Shown here: in pieces, positions 19,811 to 32,959 of the stretch
How the letters are laid out: each line of letters begins with the position of its first letter
Numbering within the stretch: the first letter of the stretch is position 1
NCBI RefSeq assembly: GCF_964355755.1
Contig: NC_092677.1
Location: 27,081,175 to 27,145,174 of the forward strand
Origin: Antedon mediterranea
Taxonomy: Eukaryota > Animalia > Echinodermata
Length of the DNA stretch: 64,000 bases
Direction: 5' to 3'
Notes under the pieces: model-generated
Database searches by the model: none
Seen by the model: only the letters and a program-made list of their open reading frames with translations
Told to the model about the DNA's origin: nothing
Translations under genes and position numbers: made by a program

Positions 19811-22800
19811 ATGGTTTCATTACAACACCTTGCCGTAGTGCTTCTTTTTATAGCATCATTTAGTTATGCTGACCGGAGTAAGTTAATCTTTGTTTACTCA
19901 TGGAGGTATCCTCCATGGTTTACTTATTTTTCCTTTAATCATGTGTATTTTAATCTTGTTTTAAAATGTAAGTTTTGTCTCAAATATGCACTGGGATATA
20001 CTTGATCATTATGTAAATGTTATTTCTTATGTTCATGATAATAAATTTGACTAATTATTTTATATATTTTGCATTTTAGGTGTCTCTATCATATTATCTT
20101 TATTTCTTTTATTATGTTATCATTATCACTAAACACCTTTTTTCAACATCATTCTCATAATTTTCACCATTTGATTCTATGTTTTAATCATTATCATTGT
20201 TATCTTTCCATCATAATCACTGTCACTTTCATCTTCTATCATAATCTCACCTCCCCTCGAGCAGCTGGGCATTATCTCTTTACAGATGTTTAACTTCCGA
20301 ATTATCCCCCTCACCTTCTATAGATTGTTTCACGCCCCTCGGAATGCAAGACGGTACAATACCAGACCGCCAACTCACTGCTTCGAGTCAGTTCAACCCA
20401 GAGTCTGGCCCGACAGCTGTACGCCTCAATGGGCCGGGTAGCTGGGCCACTCTCCACAAGGTTTCTGATCAGTGGGTACAAGTTGATTTGGATACCCCGC
20501 GTCAAATCACCGGTGTTGTCATCCGAGGAAACCCTGATTATAATGAGTTTGTTATGCGTTACTACGTGCACTATAGTTTTGATGGTTTACAGTGGAAGAC
20601 AGTACGTGATGCAAATCAGAATACCAAGGTTAGTTGTTTCATACATAAATTTACAATTTAATGTTGATTGATTTGATCATTTGATCATCATGATTTGAGT
20701 GATTTGAGATGGAATCAACTATACTGTAATATATACTATTGTTTTCATGGTTATGATGACTGCAATTAATGCACAATTATATTTAATATTTTGAATACTA
20801 TTGAATATTGCACTCTCTTTTCAGTTATTTGATGGCAACTTTGATAACATCACTCCGGTCCAGACAATTTTTGTCAAGAGCATTCGTGCACGATATATCA
20901 GAATTCAACCATATGTGTTCCACGGACATCCCAGCATGCAATTTGAACTTCTAGGATGTTTAAACAGTAAGTTTACCAACCTATAAAGTTCATAAAATGA
21001 CTTTTCTTAAGCTCCATCTACACTATCTAACTTTATGTGACAAAAAAGTGTGATGTGCCCAAATATGGTAGTGATATGCTTAAATATGGTAGTGATATGA
21101 CATCATCATGTTCATATATGGGCACATCACATGTTTTTTGTCACATAAAGTTTGATAGTGTAGAGAGAGCTTTATTTCTACTAGAACAACAGAAAGCAAG
21201 TGTTTTAATACTCCTTTTTGTTGCAGAAAGTGAGTCTTGTTGGTCGTTCCCTTGTCAAAATGGCGGCTCTTGTGTGGAACTTGGAGATGATTTTGAATGT
21301 AACTGTTTACCTGGATTTTCTGGCAAAACGTGCCATGCTGGTAAATATTATTATTTTTTTTTTTTTTTTTTTGTGGCACATAAATGATCAAGTATATTAC
21401 CCCAGGGCTTAATTTGAGACATTTGTATTTAAAATTAATATTTTTGTGTTAGATAATTGTTATTGATTTTTACACATGATTGAAGTAGAAATAAGTTAAT
21501 GTTGCACTTTATGTTGGGTTGCATAAATAAACCTGACACAGTGCTGTACCCACAAGAAATAAAGTGGTGAAGTGGTCACAATAAAAGGGAACAATCTGTG
21601 TCCTGGTCACAGGGTTGTCAAAGGCCTCTGTGTGAAACCTTACCAACTGTACTGGTGTCTACGGCCCTGTGAATAGTTATACATGGGATCACACAACATT
21701 GGTAAATTATGCTTGATACAGTGAGCACAAGTCGTTGGTAAGTGTTGCATAGTGCACAGAATGCAAGATACAGTACTGTAATGGTAAGTTATGCAAGGTA
21801 AGTATTATGAATTTGTTGGTTTGAGAAGCACTAGATGTAGTGAAACAATTTAGAGCACTGGCTTACATAAACAACATAATGTTTGATTGAATATAGAACA
21901 TTGCTCCACACCCCTTGGTCTTGAAAGCAATGTAATCCCTGACAGCCATCTCTCTGCGTCGTCATACTGGTCTGGTGAAGGTACCGCGACACGTGGTAGA
22001 TTGCATAGTTATGGTTGGGCCGCTTCAACCAAACGTGATCACGAGTGGTTCAGTGTGGACTTAGGCCGACCGACAAACATCAGTGGCGTGGTTACACAGG
22101 GTCATGCGTACTGGCCTGAATGGATTAACAGTTACAACGTTTTGATTAGTAACGATAGTGATACGTGGACAGCTGTTTTGAATGTTACAAGTAGGCGACC
22201 ACAGGTAGAACATTTGGTTTTTAATTTCCCTTCAAACATACACCTCTGCGTAGGTCATAGGTTAAAATTCAGCCTGATACAATAACTAGTAACAAAGCTG
22301 TATATTGTTTAGTTTTGTCACAATTGGTATGCCATAGCAGTGTATGACAATGCATGTCATAAGCTATTCTCTGTTGCCTCATTTTTTTCTTGTCAATTAA
22401 ACTTGACAACTAAGATTTGTATTTTCTGTTTTATTTATCGTTATATTCATGTTACAACCAATCCATTGTGTGCAGTAATAAAAATAAATCCTAAATGAAA
22501 ATTTAAAATCACAAAAGTTTCACAATCAATTTCTAGATATTTAAAGCAAATGTTGATAAGACTTCTCCGGTTAAAAATTATTTACCGAATATTGTGACAG
22601 CACGGTATATACGTATACGCATTGAAGAATACCACGGCCATCCAAGTCTTCGCTTAGAAATTCTTGGTTGCGAGGAACTTGATAGTAAGTTGTGCTTGTT
22701 TAGTCAAGTTGGTTTACATTAGCCTTTTCGTCTTGCTTGCAGTGATCTACAGTTTAAGTTCTATTTATTTGTTGTTTGCCGAAATCATTCAATTCATTTC

Positions 22801-25648
22801 TATGTAAATTTTTTTTATATATTTTCAAATGAAAATAAATTTACTTACTTACAATAATCTTGCTTGTTTCAAATTTGATCAGCAATATTCTACAGATTTT
22901 ATTTCTACTAAAAGTTGTCTAAACTTTTGGATTTTTTTTATAGCTACATTGCCCCTAACAACGCCAGTAGCAACGACCCCATTCCTAACAACAGAAACAG
23001 ATGATGTGTCGCAGCCTTGCACAAAGTATCCGTGTGAAAATGGAGGAACATGTCGACCAATCGGATCTACCAGTTTCACGTGTAGTTGTCCCGAAGGATT
23101 CACAGGCTTTGTTTGTCAGGATGGTAAGATTTACAATGATGAAGTTTATGATGTGCCCAAATATGGTAGTGATATGCCTAAATATGGTAGTGATATGCCC
23201 AAATATGGGAGTGATATGCCCAAATATGGTAGTGATATGACATCATCATGTCCATTGGGTACATCGTATTTGTTTTTCACATAAAGTGTGATAGTGTAGA
23301 CAGAGCTTAAGCTCCATTTCCTCTTCATATTGATTTTATAACGCATTTGAATTGACTATTTTAGCTCCTAGTGCTTGTGAATCTAACCCATGTATTAATG
23401 GAGGATGGTGTAACAAACAGGGCTCTGGCTTCAGATGCACCTGCCTGGCTGGCTTCACTGGTAAAAGATGCCAAAAAGGTAAATGGTTATTATACTGGTA
23501 TTGGTTGGTGGATTGGTAGGATTGAGTAACCCAGGGCATACAATACAAATTATAAAGAGCTGAACTTAAATAGGCATTTGTGGCCGGCTTGCTTCTCCTT
23601 GAATCGGCCTATGGGGAGGTGGCATTTTTTCTAATCAAGATTTCGACAGGAACTGAAAATATATCTTTGATTATTTTTACAATTGATAGAAACATGTGTT
23701 GATGAACTTGGAATGGATAAAGGAACAATTTCCGATAGTGATATAACAGCAACAAGTTTTTTAACCTCCTCACGACCTTCTGATGCCAGACCCAAAGGGG
23801 TCGGCTGGATGCCAGCATCAAATGACTATCAACCATACATCCAGGTAATTTATTCAACTTTATTTTAAGCTTTGTCTACATTATTAAACTTTATTTGACA
23901 AACATGATGATGTCATATCACTACCATATTTGAGAATATCACTACCATATTTGGGAATATCACTACCATATTTGGGAATATCACTACCATATTTGGGCAC
24001 ATCACACTTTTTTTTCCAAACTAGTTTAATAGTGTAGATAGAGCTTTAGGTAATTGTAAGATACAGTTATGGAAATGCATGATAAATTGAACATATTTCA
24101 ATAATTTGTTTTTTTATGAACAATTCTAGGTTGATTTAGGAAAAATGAAGAACATGTCGGCCATCATTTTGATGGATTACCCAGCCTGGTCTGTAGTTGT
24201 CACACAGTTCCAACTGTCATACAGTGCGGATGGTGTCAATTGGGAATTTGTACTGGACGAATATGGTCAACCAATGGTGAGTATACCGGTTAGGGGCATT
24301 GATTTGATTTCTTTGTTAGACCTATACTGGGTGACCTCTTCAATGCTCCGTTCTCCCAAAAGGCCTGGTGTACAGAACTCTCATCAACACGTTAGGAGAT
24401 GTGTGATTATTGTACAGGGGATCAACAGCTTTACGTCTCATCTGAAGGACGATTAGAAAAAAGTATCTTGCTTAAGGTTAAGTCCATGGAGCACAGATAC
24501 TCAATTGAATCAATTCTGTTAATTTAAACCAAAGTCCAAATTCAACAACTTTTGTACAATCAACGTTAGTAATGAAATGTTTTTTTTAAATGAATTAGGA
24601 ACTACTCGGTCTGACCTATGGTACGTCCGCTGTACAGATTCACCTGTATGAGCCGATAACAACACGTTACATACGTGTGCACCCCACAAGGTGGATAGGC
24701 ACTTACCCAGGAATGCGATTTGAGTTGCTTGGTTGTGATATCGGTGCTCCCTCTATCGTGAATGACTTTCCATTGGTTACACCTGCGACAGGTGTAGCTA
24801 CTGTACCAAGTGATGCAGTAACATTGTTCTATGGCTTGAAGGAACGAATCTATAATAGTAAAGACTCACCACAGGTACAGCCATACTTGTACAGTATAGG
24901 TTTCTCTGTCTACAAATAGTCACAAATAATTGCTACAAGTAATGAACAACTACGTTTATTTTATTATTGTTCATTTTTTTACATTGTAGTTTAAGTCACA
25001 GGTCCTTGTGAGAAGCCTCCGAGTGAAGTTTTCAATTCTAAAAAAAGTTTGAGGGAAGCAAACTTTTTTAAAGCATTCTCTTCTCTCAATTTTGCCTGCT
25101 TTCTTGTCCTATTTAAATGTCAGACATCTCCATCTAGATTCAACCAAGTTTCCCTTTAATAAGGCTGTCCTCTGAGTAGGTGCTGTAGTGTTACTGTTGC
25201 CTATATGAAATTAGCCATTTTCGGTTTTAGAAGTGTTCTGAATGTATTTAAAACAGACTCTTATGTTTGAAACTTTCCTAAATACATCCTTTTAATTTTT
25301 CAGGTGATACAATTTGATTACGAGTATTTTGATTATGGTGATAGTTACAACCCAACAACTGGAATTGTCACCATTAAGGTTCCAGGAACGTACCTCATTT
25401 TCATCTCGGCCACCAGTACCAACTTGTACACCCCACCTAGTGTAACCATCATGCATAACAACAACGCACTATTAAGTCAACTTGTTCCCAAACCATCTGC
25501 TAATGGATTGCTCAGAGGTGAGATGAGTGCAGTCGTTGATGCTGAGGATGGGGATAGGCTCTGGCTGGAGATACCCAGTGGTGCTTCATTAGCAGCAGAT
25601 ATTATTAATTCATCTTTATTTATACAGCTTGTTTCAAAGTCAAATTGA
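19811..25648 (+). CDS. Secreted mosaic protein: signal peptide, F5/8C, EGF, F5/8C, Thr-rich linker, EGF, EGF, F5/8C, C1q-like globular domain; 12 exons
   Basis: Signal peptide [20 protein letters not shown] (19811-19877). Discoidin exons at 20324-20628/20825-20967, 21897-22204/22537-22684 and 23690-23844/24130-24276/24599-24873 (PLGM..G.I.D..LTASS, WxQVDL, RYIRIxP, MRFELLGC). Six-Cys EGF exons at 21227-21340, 22944-23123 and 23365-23478. The terminal exon 25304-25648 (VIQFD...[19 protein letters not shown]...[13 protein letters not shown]) matches the C1q pattern. Confidence 0.85.
21010..21171. mobile_element. MITE family A (TIR AGCTCTGTCTACACTATCAAACT), representative full copy; PIF/Harbinger-like
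   Basis: The TIRs are flanked by TTA...TTA here and at 23868-24045, and by TAA...TAA at 47399-47541. About 20 full or partial copies, e.g. ~4205, 4575, 9345, 12235, 19480, 23148, 28005, 33017, 45687, 48690, 49562, 51267, 51623, 54958, 56248 and 58033. Confidence 0.85.
24330..24485 (-). mobile_element. SINE fragment resembling the DeuSINE central domain
   Basis: The minus strand reads ...ccttaagcaagatactt...tcgtccttcagatgagacgtaaagctgttgatccc..., which resembles the recalled Deu-domain motif ttcggatgagacgtaaa. No alignment was run. Confidence 0.45.
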
Positions 25649-25744
25649 ATGAAAAACCAATCAAAGATTTGCATGGTGAAAATCAATTTAATGATATAAA
25701 GTTTGCGGTACACCATGGGTATGTTCTGAAAAGAACTGTTGAGC

Positions 25745-25793
25745 TTCTCTACGTTTCGATCAATATGTTTCGATTGTTTTTATCAGGAGTGAG
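25745..25793 (-). ncRNA. Degenerate minimal hammerhead ribozyme-like motif (Penelope-type)
   Basis: The minus strand reads ctc-CTGATAA-...-GAA-ACGT-A-gag: palindromic ACGT stem III, GUA triplet and ctc/gag stem I. The core has A in place of the conserved G. Confidence 0.4.
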
Positions 25794-27644
25794 AGTGCCA
25801 ATAGTCCAGAAATTGAGAGTATAAGTTTTCAAAACTACTTACGTTGTGTACTGCAAATTTTATATCATGAATCATTACTTTAAAAACTTATTCTCGGTTG
25901 TACAGTATACAGTAGTAATAATAGTAGTAATAAAAGTTTAAACAAACCCTCAAGTTTGTACACAGTTTTGTTTCGATTCGGTCATTGATTTTAAACATGG
26001 TTCAAAGATACTCACCCGGTATTTATCTCTATATGTCCAGTATCATAGTCAAGTTGTATAGTACAGTGTCACATATGTATCACATGTGACACATATGTAT
26101 CACTTACGGGCTTGCGTTGCGTCGAGGTGGGAACCAAGAATGAATACAATGATATAATCCACTGTTTTTTCTCACAATTTATTTCGATCAATAAAACTGT
26201 TATTAATACATTTTATAAGATTTGATTCGAGTAAAATAATCAGAAAATGAATTGATTCATTGATATTGTTTAAATCATACAGTAATACCAGGTTAAGTCC
26301 AAGTTAAAATAACCAATATTAACTTGCAGTATTGTAAGTAAGATCAACGTGTATAATTTATTGAACATTAAATAATTATAACAACTACCAGACTAATAAT
26401 CACTGACATGTTTTTAAAAAGTTCATGTTTTAAAATAAAATGCAATTATAGTAACATTACGTAGTATTGACTGGAAAATTTTTAAAAATGTTTTAAAATA
26501 TCATTTACCATATGTTCTTTATACTTAAGATACTTGTGGAAGAATACCTATAGAATTGCATTGAATTTAAATACCCTATTGTGACGGTGTATTGTATACA
26601 CTCTACTTTGGCCTTTAAAGCGCAGTTTTAACAAACGATATCTTGATGACGTCATAACATAGTGCGTCGCGCGCACTTTGTGTTGATGACATTATCAAGA
26701 ATGGAAAAAATAATCTTGCAACATAGCTGTTACTTACGCAATTAAAATAATTTACATTTTAAAAGTTTTTTCAATACCAATATGGTTTTAAATAATTTGG
26801 TATTTGCATTGAAAGACAATTTAAGATACACCTCTTGTGTCACACTCGCCCCTTAATGGCCCTCTCGCCTCTAATATCAGCACATTAACAACACACTACA
26901 TCTTAGGTACTACAATAAAGTTTAGTATTAATCTGTGCATTCTAGATGTGCAGACAATAACACATTATTTGCCCCTTTTCAGTAATAAATATAAATTCAT
27001 AACATATTAGTTAAAACCCTTAAATAACGGCTGTAAAAAAAAGGGTGAATTCGTCACCCAAAATAACCGGGAAGTACGTTTAAGTGTGTTTAAACAGTAT
27101 TTATTTAGTTACTATTTTAATAATATCTTGCAAGTATGCCGTGCGATAAACTCAAATCTATTAATTCAAAACATGCTACATGCTACAAATAAAATCGGAA
27201 CGAAATATTTACAGTATTATCATCATCGTAGACCATCCGTACACACTCGCTCGGCATATTGCATTAAGTGTAGCCTTACCTATAACATTCAATCTCGCTA
27301 TTGGTCCTAATGCATTACATCACCGTACGAACATACTTTCGTCATTAAACAAATAAAACTGTTAAAACGAGCATTTAAATAATTTTGGAACGAGCCTAAA
27401 ATTGTTCATCTTTATATATGTGGATCCGTTAGGGAAAATATTGAGCTATAACTTAAAGACATTGCTCCTAAGATGCCAATCTACTCAGCCGAGATGATGA
27501 CGTCGTCAAGAGATTCATGTCGTCATTGGTCTGTACCACGTGATGTCTTAAACCGTTTAATGTTGAACCAGAGTGTATAAACTGAGAAAAACTTCGAAGG
27601 CTGATTTGTTTCCGTCCCACCAAATGGGAATTCAATCTCCGAGT

Positions 27645-30600
27645 TTACTCCTTGTACTTCTCTGTTGGTGGCACAACTCGCATTAATTTCTGTAGGAAAT
27701 ATGTGAAGGTTTCTGCAAAAAAAAAATGTATCAAAAGTTTGAATCGATCATCAACTTCCTAATGTAAATGTCTGTATGTTCCTCGATTTGCATTCAATGT
27801 TCATCTTGATAGATAGTAAGTCAAAATGTACAGGAGTGGTTGCCACGACAAGAGAATACAAAGAGTGTGCTGTACATGAAGTTTTGAACATTATTATTTG
27901 GCCATATATATATAAACATAAAAAGAGTTGAAACTATAGGACAGTACTTAAATGCATTGGCGACAGTCATAATATTATTAGGTAATGCTCTGTTTATACA
28001 AATAGCTAGTTTGATGTGTGATGTGCCCAAATATGGTATTGATATGCCCAAATATGGTATTGATATGCCCAAATATGGCAGTGATATGACATCATCAAGT
28101 CCATATATGGGCACATCACATTTTGTTGTCATATAAAGTTTGATAGTGTAGACAGAGCATAGAGTGTGTTGAATAATATAATATACAAATACTTACTGTT
28201 GAACGAAAAAGAATATTTCTTGTACACAAATGGGAAATATAGAAGAAGTCCGGCGAAGATGAAGATGAGGGCGTACAAGAACTCAAGCTCTGGTTGGTCG
28301 ATGATAGGGGCAAGGACAAGGTATACTGCCGCTAGTAAAACAGCAATTGGCAGGAAAATCGGTACCTATAAGAAAACCAAGTGGTCATTGAAAGATGGAT
28401 GGTCAGCAGGCTACTCTCGTGGTGGGATATGATTGGAATGATTACAATCTATCATGGCTTAAGCTATATTCAACAAACGGAACAATTTAGATTTAACCTT
28501 CATTCCTTGGACGCAACACAATTGCGTACGTACGCGCAACGTAACGCAATTGCTGACGTAAACGAGACATCGAATTCATCGCGTCGTGATTTGTCAAATT
28601 GCTTGCGTTGCGCATACTAGGCCTCCTCCTAGGTCCCCGGCGTTTTAGTGGAAACCAAGCTTGAGATAAGCCCATTGGGATTGTTGTCGAGTCATGCTAT
28701 AATGTACACCTCTTACCTTAATAGCTCTCTCCTTATCGGGATATTTATAACGTAGAACAAGAAGAGCAATAAATGTGGCTCCATAAAACATCCAAGCGGC
28801 GAAACTAAAGTAGTTGACTAAAGTATCGAAGTCGTTTGGTATAATAAATATTATAGCAATAAATGACTGTAAAATAAAACAGTTTTCATATGAATACATT
28901 TTATAATGAATACATAAATGGAGGAGTCATGGTTGGTTGGTTGGTTGGTAAGTGACGTAATGAATAATGAACAACAATGTTGTTTATGATTTAGATGACA
29001 ACAATGACGCGCTGTATTTTAATTTGATTTTAATAATACAGAATGATGTTGATAATGATAATAATGACGATGTTTACATAAATGATGATTCACTAATGTA
29101 CTGTCGTGATAGTTTGAACTGTGGTTCTGTTGATCATGACGTGGATGGTGTTGACAATGACGTCATCGATCGTGGATGAACATGGAGATGGTACTCACTG
29201 TGAAGACGATGGATGGAAATGGAGTGAATCGCTTAATATGAATCATTGAAAGAATTTCCATCATGTGACCTTCACGAGCAGACACGAACGCTAATCTATA
29301 AAATGGTGGGAAATATGATGTTTAAAAAAGTACAGAAACCTCTTTCTACTTAGCGTTGACGACTAATGCGCTAGTCTGGGTTCCAGACGGAGTTTTGACT
29401 AGTCGTTTGGCGTTTCATACGTGTACTACTTGATCTTGTATTTCAGACAAACATCCGCGAAAAACCTCGAAATAACTACAGACTTGGGACAAGTCTAACT
29501 AATGCGCATGCGCATTAAACTTTTCATCTACTTTTTGTGACGTAAAAATGCTCAACCAATCAGAGCTCAGTAAGGTTTGATTCGCGCGAATATCTTCACT
29601 AATGGAACACAGGCGAGCAACCAATTGCAAGATTCAACTTCCATCTAGTTGCAACTTACCGTCCTGAAGCAAACAGAGCACCATTGGCAGCCCCAAACGT
29701 CGAGAAACATACAAACAGTGGTATGATCCAAGCCATAACACCAAGAGTACGATCAGCCAAGGTCTAAACAAAAGCAAATACATTCAGATGATTATTCCGT
29801 ATGACGTCATAACCCAAGATGATATGGCGTCATAAAGCTTAATTGTTATCAATAATATTATGTGTACAAACAAGGAGATTTGTAGAGGCGTGACTTTATA
29901 ATGAGAGGTCCATAACATACATGTTTAATAGAGAACTGTTTACTTGTACACTAAACTGAAATTATGTAAAAGAATATAAATGTCATACCACAGCTACAGC
30001 ATCAGAAGCTAGAAGTTCCAAAGGTGACATGACAGTGAAGTAAGCGATGTTGACCAGGAGGTAGAGGACGATGACCAATGGCATGCCAATGAGAATGGCC
30101 AATGGCAGGTTCCTGAAATGAATACATTAAATGATTTCAGTTATGTAATAGTCGGTATAGTTGCTGTCATCTAATTATCATCTGCTACAGTATATAATTC
30201 CTTCTCATGTTTCACTTTTCAAATCATAATTTTTTAAATTCTAGAATTAAATAAATTGTCCTAGATTGGTATGTTATGCTAATATTCACTTCTTTAAAAA
30301 ATACTTTATGCACTTCTGAATGCCCCTCTCATTCCGAATCCTTACCTCTTTGGGTTGACCAACTCCTCGGTAACAAAATTTAACTGATTCCTGCAAAAGA
30401 AAACAGAGAATAGATTATTATAACCTATTTAACTCTTCTTTTTCAGAGTGATGATGTCGTTGACAGATTTGCTATGGGGATTTCGATTTTTTTTTGGCCA
30501 CATATTGTGTCTTTGCGTCGGTCGTCGTGTAAACCAGGACAAACTGTGTCGAGAAATCGAGTGTAAAGCGTGTTTTACACACACGCAATGTAATTACGTC

Positions 30601-32924
30601 ACGCAACGCGTAAGCGAGTTGACCAATGACAAGCGACAGTTCGAATGATAGGCCTACTTGTGATTGGTCGTCAAATCACTTACGTCACGTCTCTAGCGGG
30701 AACCAAACATTATATTTACCATGAATCGTACGCCCATAATCCCTGATAAAATGCAATTCCATAAGCAAATACCCTTGTAGATGATCCCTCGAATGACACG
30801 GAAGTGTTTAGATGCTCAGTATGACCTATGAAAATAACAACATACAGCTGTAAAAACAATTATTTACACAAAAATCATTACAGAAACACTCATACAGAAT
30901 TTCTGAGCAAATGCACAATGACAATGTTTATTTTGGAGTATGACGCTACAAGGCAAGCTAATGTTACAAATAGGTCGGATAAACTATTCAAACTAACGCT
31001 ACTTGTGGTATGTCTGGAGAGTAGCCTACACAAAAAGGAAAAGGGCAGGTCCTAGACAAAGTTTATATAGTGTATCTTACCTTGACAGAGTCTTACAATT
31101 CCAACAAATACAATTATAATAAGTGCAAATATTTTTGCTGCAGTGAAAATAATTTGAACTCGTGTTGCCCATTTGACACTGTAACTATTGATGAACGCAA
31201 TTAAAACTAGAAATAAAAAACGAATAAATAATTTATTAGCATCATAAACAAGAAGGAATATATGCATAGTATTGTATAATACACGGGGCGCAGTTTGCGA
31301 CATGGTACTTGTCCCTAGCGGCGCCCCGTAACTATAACATTACATGACAATGCATAATTAATATGTCATAAAGGTTATGGTAGTAGAACATAATGGTATT
31401 ACTACTAGTCATGTCAGTCTGTTATTTGTATTAATTTTTTCAAGGTTTTTATACCACTGAAAAGTTCACTCTTCACTATTCCCTGCGGTATTCGTAATGT
31501 TAGACCAGACCAGCAATGAATAATGCTGCTTGGTTCTCACTAGAGACGCAACACAAAGACGCAACGTAAGTGATTTGACCAATCACAAGCGATGAATTAT
31601 TCGAACTGTCACTTGTCATTGGCCAACACGCTTGCGTTGCATTTATGTCCTTGCGTTACGTCATAATGCTTGGTTCTGAAGCGTGGTTCCCACTAGCGAC
31701 GCAACACAAGGACGTAACGCAACGCAAGTGAATTGACCAATCACAAGCGATGGCTTATTCGCTTGTCATTGCTAACTGTCTATAACTTCGCTTGTCGTTC
31801 GTTGCGTTTTTGTCCTTGCGTTACGTCATAATGCTTGGTTCTCACTCTTGACGAACCACAAGCGATGATTTATTCGAACTGTCGCTTGCCATTGGTCAAC
31901 ACGTTGCGTTACGTCCTAGTGGGAACCAAGCTTAAGTATAAATGCTCTATAATGATAATATATAGATAGTATCAATCATGGAGAGAATAAGCAGCGCTGT
32001 ATGTTTCAAACTAAGATGTCAGTACTTACGTATAGCTGTAATAGCAAACAATTTTATAAGATACACCGGAACCTCGCAAGATCCGGAAACAAAAAGCTGT
32101 ACAAAATATGTTCCAAATGTCAATGTGATAGCTGCGAGTGAACTCGGCTTTAGAACAATCGCATAAGTCCATGAAAATAGATAAGCTGGTACAGGACCGA
32201 ATGCTTCGAACAGATAAGCGTACTCGCCCCCTGACTTGCGTACTAGTGTTCCAAGCTCAGCGTAACACAGAGCAGCTGTCGAGAAAGAAAAAAAAACATA
32301 TTTATTTTGCGGTAAATAAAAGACATTAAAATAACTATTATAATGTGAGAAATTAACAAAAAAACGTTTGCCGAAAACGCGGGCGTATAAGATTACGTTT
32401 GACGTATAAAGGAGGCAAGCGTCGTACAGATTACGTTTTACGTATGAACACGCGCAATCGGGTGCGTACGTTTATTTACGTTTGACGTATGGGATGAGCA
32501 CGCACAACAGGAATGTATATAAATGTATAGATTATCATTTTTTTTATATATTTAAATTTTCTTTCTTTTAGTACTCAACTCTACTAACTTATTTTCTCAA
32601 TAATAATAATGAATATCTTCACCTAGCTGCATACTCCCTAGTGGATATCGATTGGCGATAAACCTACTCGTAATATACAGTACTAATGTATTGGTCTTAA
32701 TGCACGTTTTTCTCTTATTTGTTTATTGTATCACGCAGATACAGTCGACTTAACATATATTGCATATATTGCATCATACAGTATATTATTATTGGCGAGA
32801 CCCAATGCTTTTTCTTCTCTGTGTTTTTATTGCACCACCACAGACATAATATTTACATTAAAAAAAGTAGAGAGTCATGCAGCCGCGTGACATATGATCA
32901 CGACATTGTTAGGTTGCAGGCTGA

Positions 32925-32959
<35 letters not shown>

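Noticed and set aside
21037-21170. Recurrent [10 protein letters not shown] / [12 protein letters not shown] peptides in many short ORFs
   Set aside because: They are translations of MITE family A, not a protein domain.
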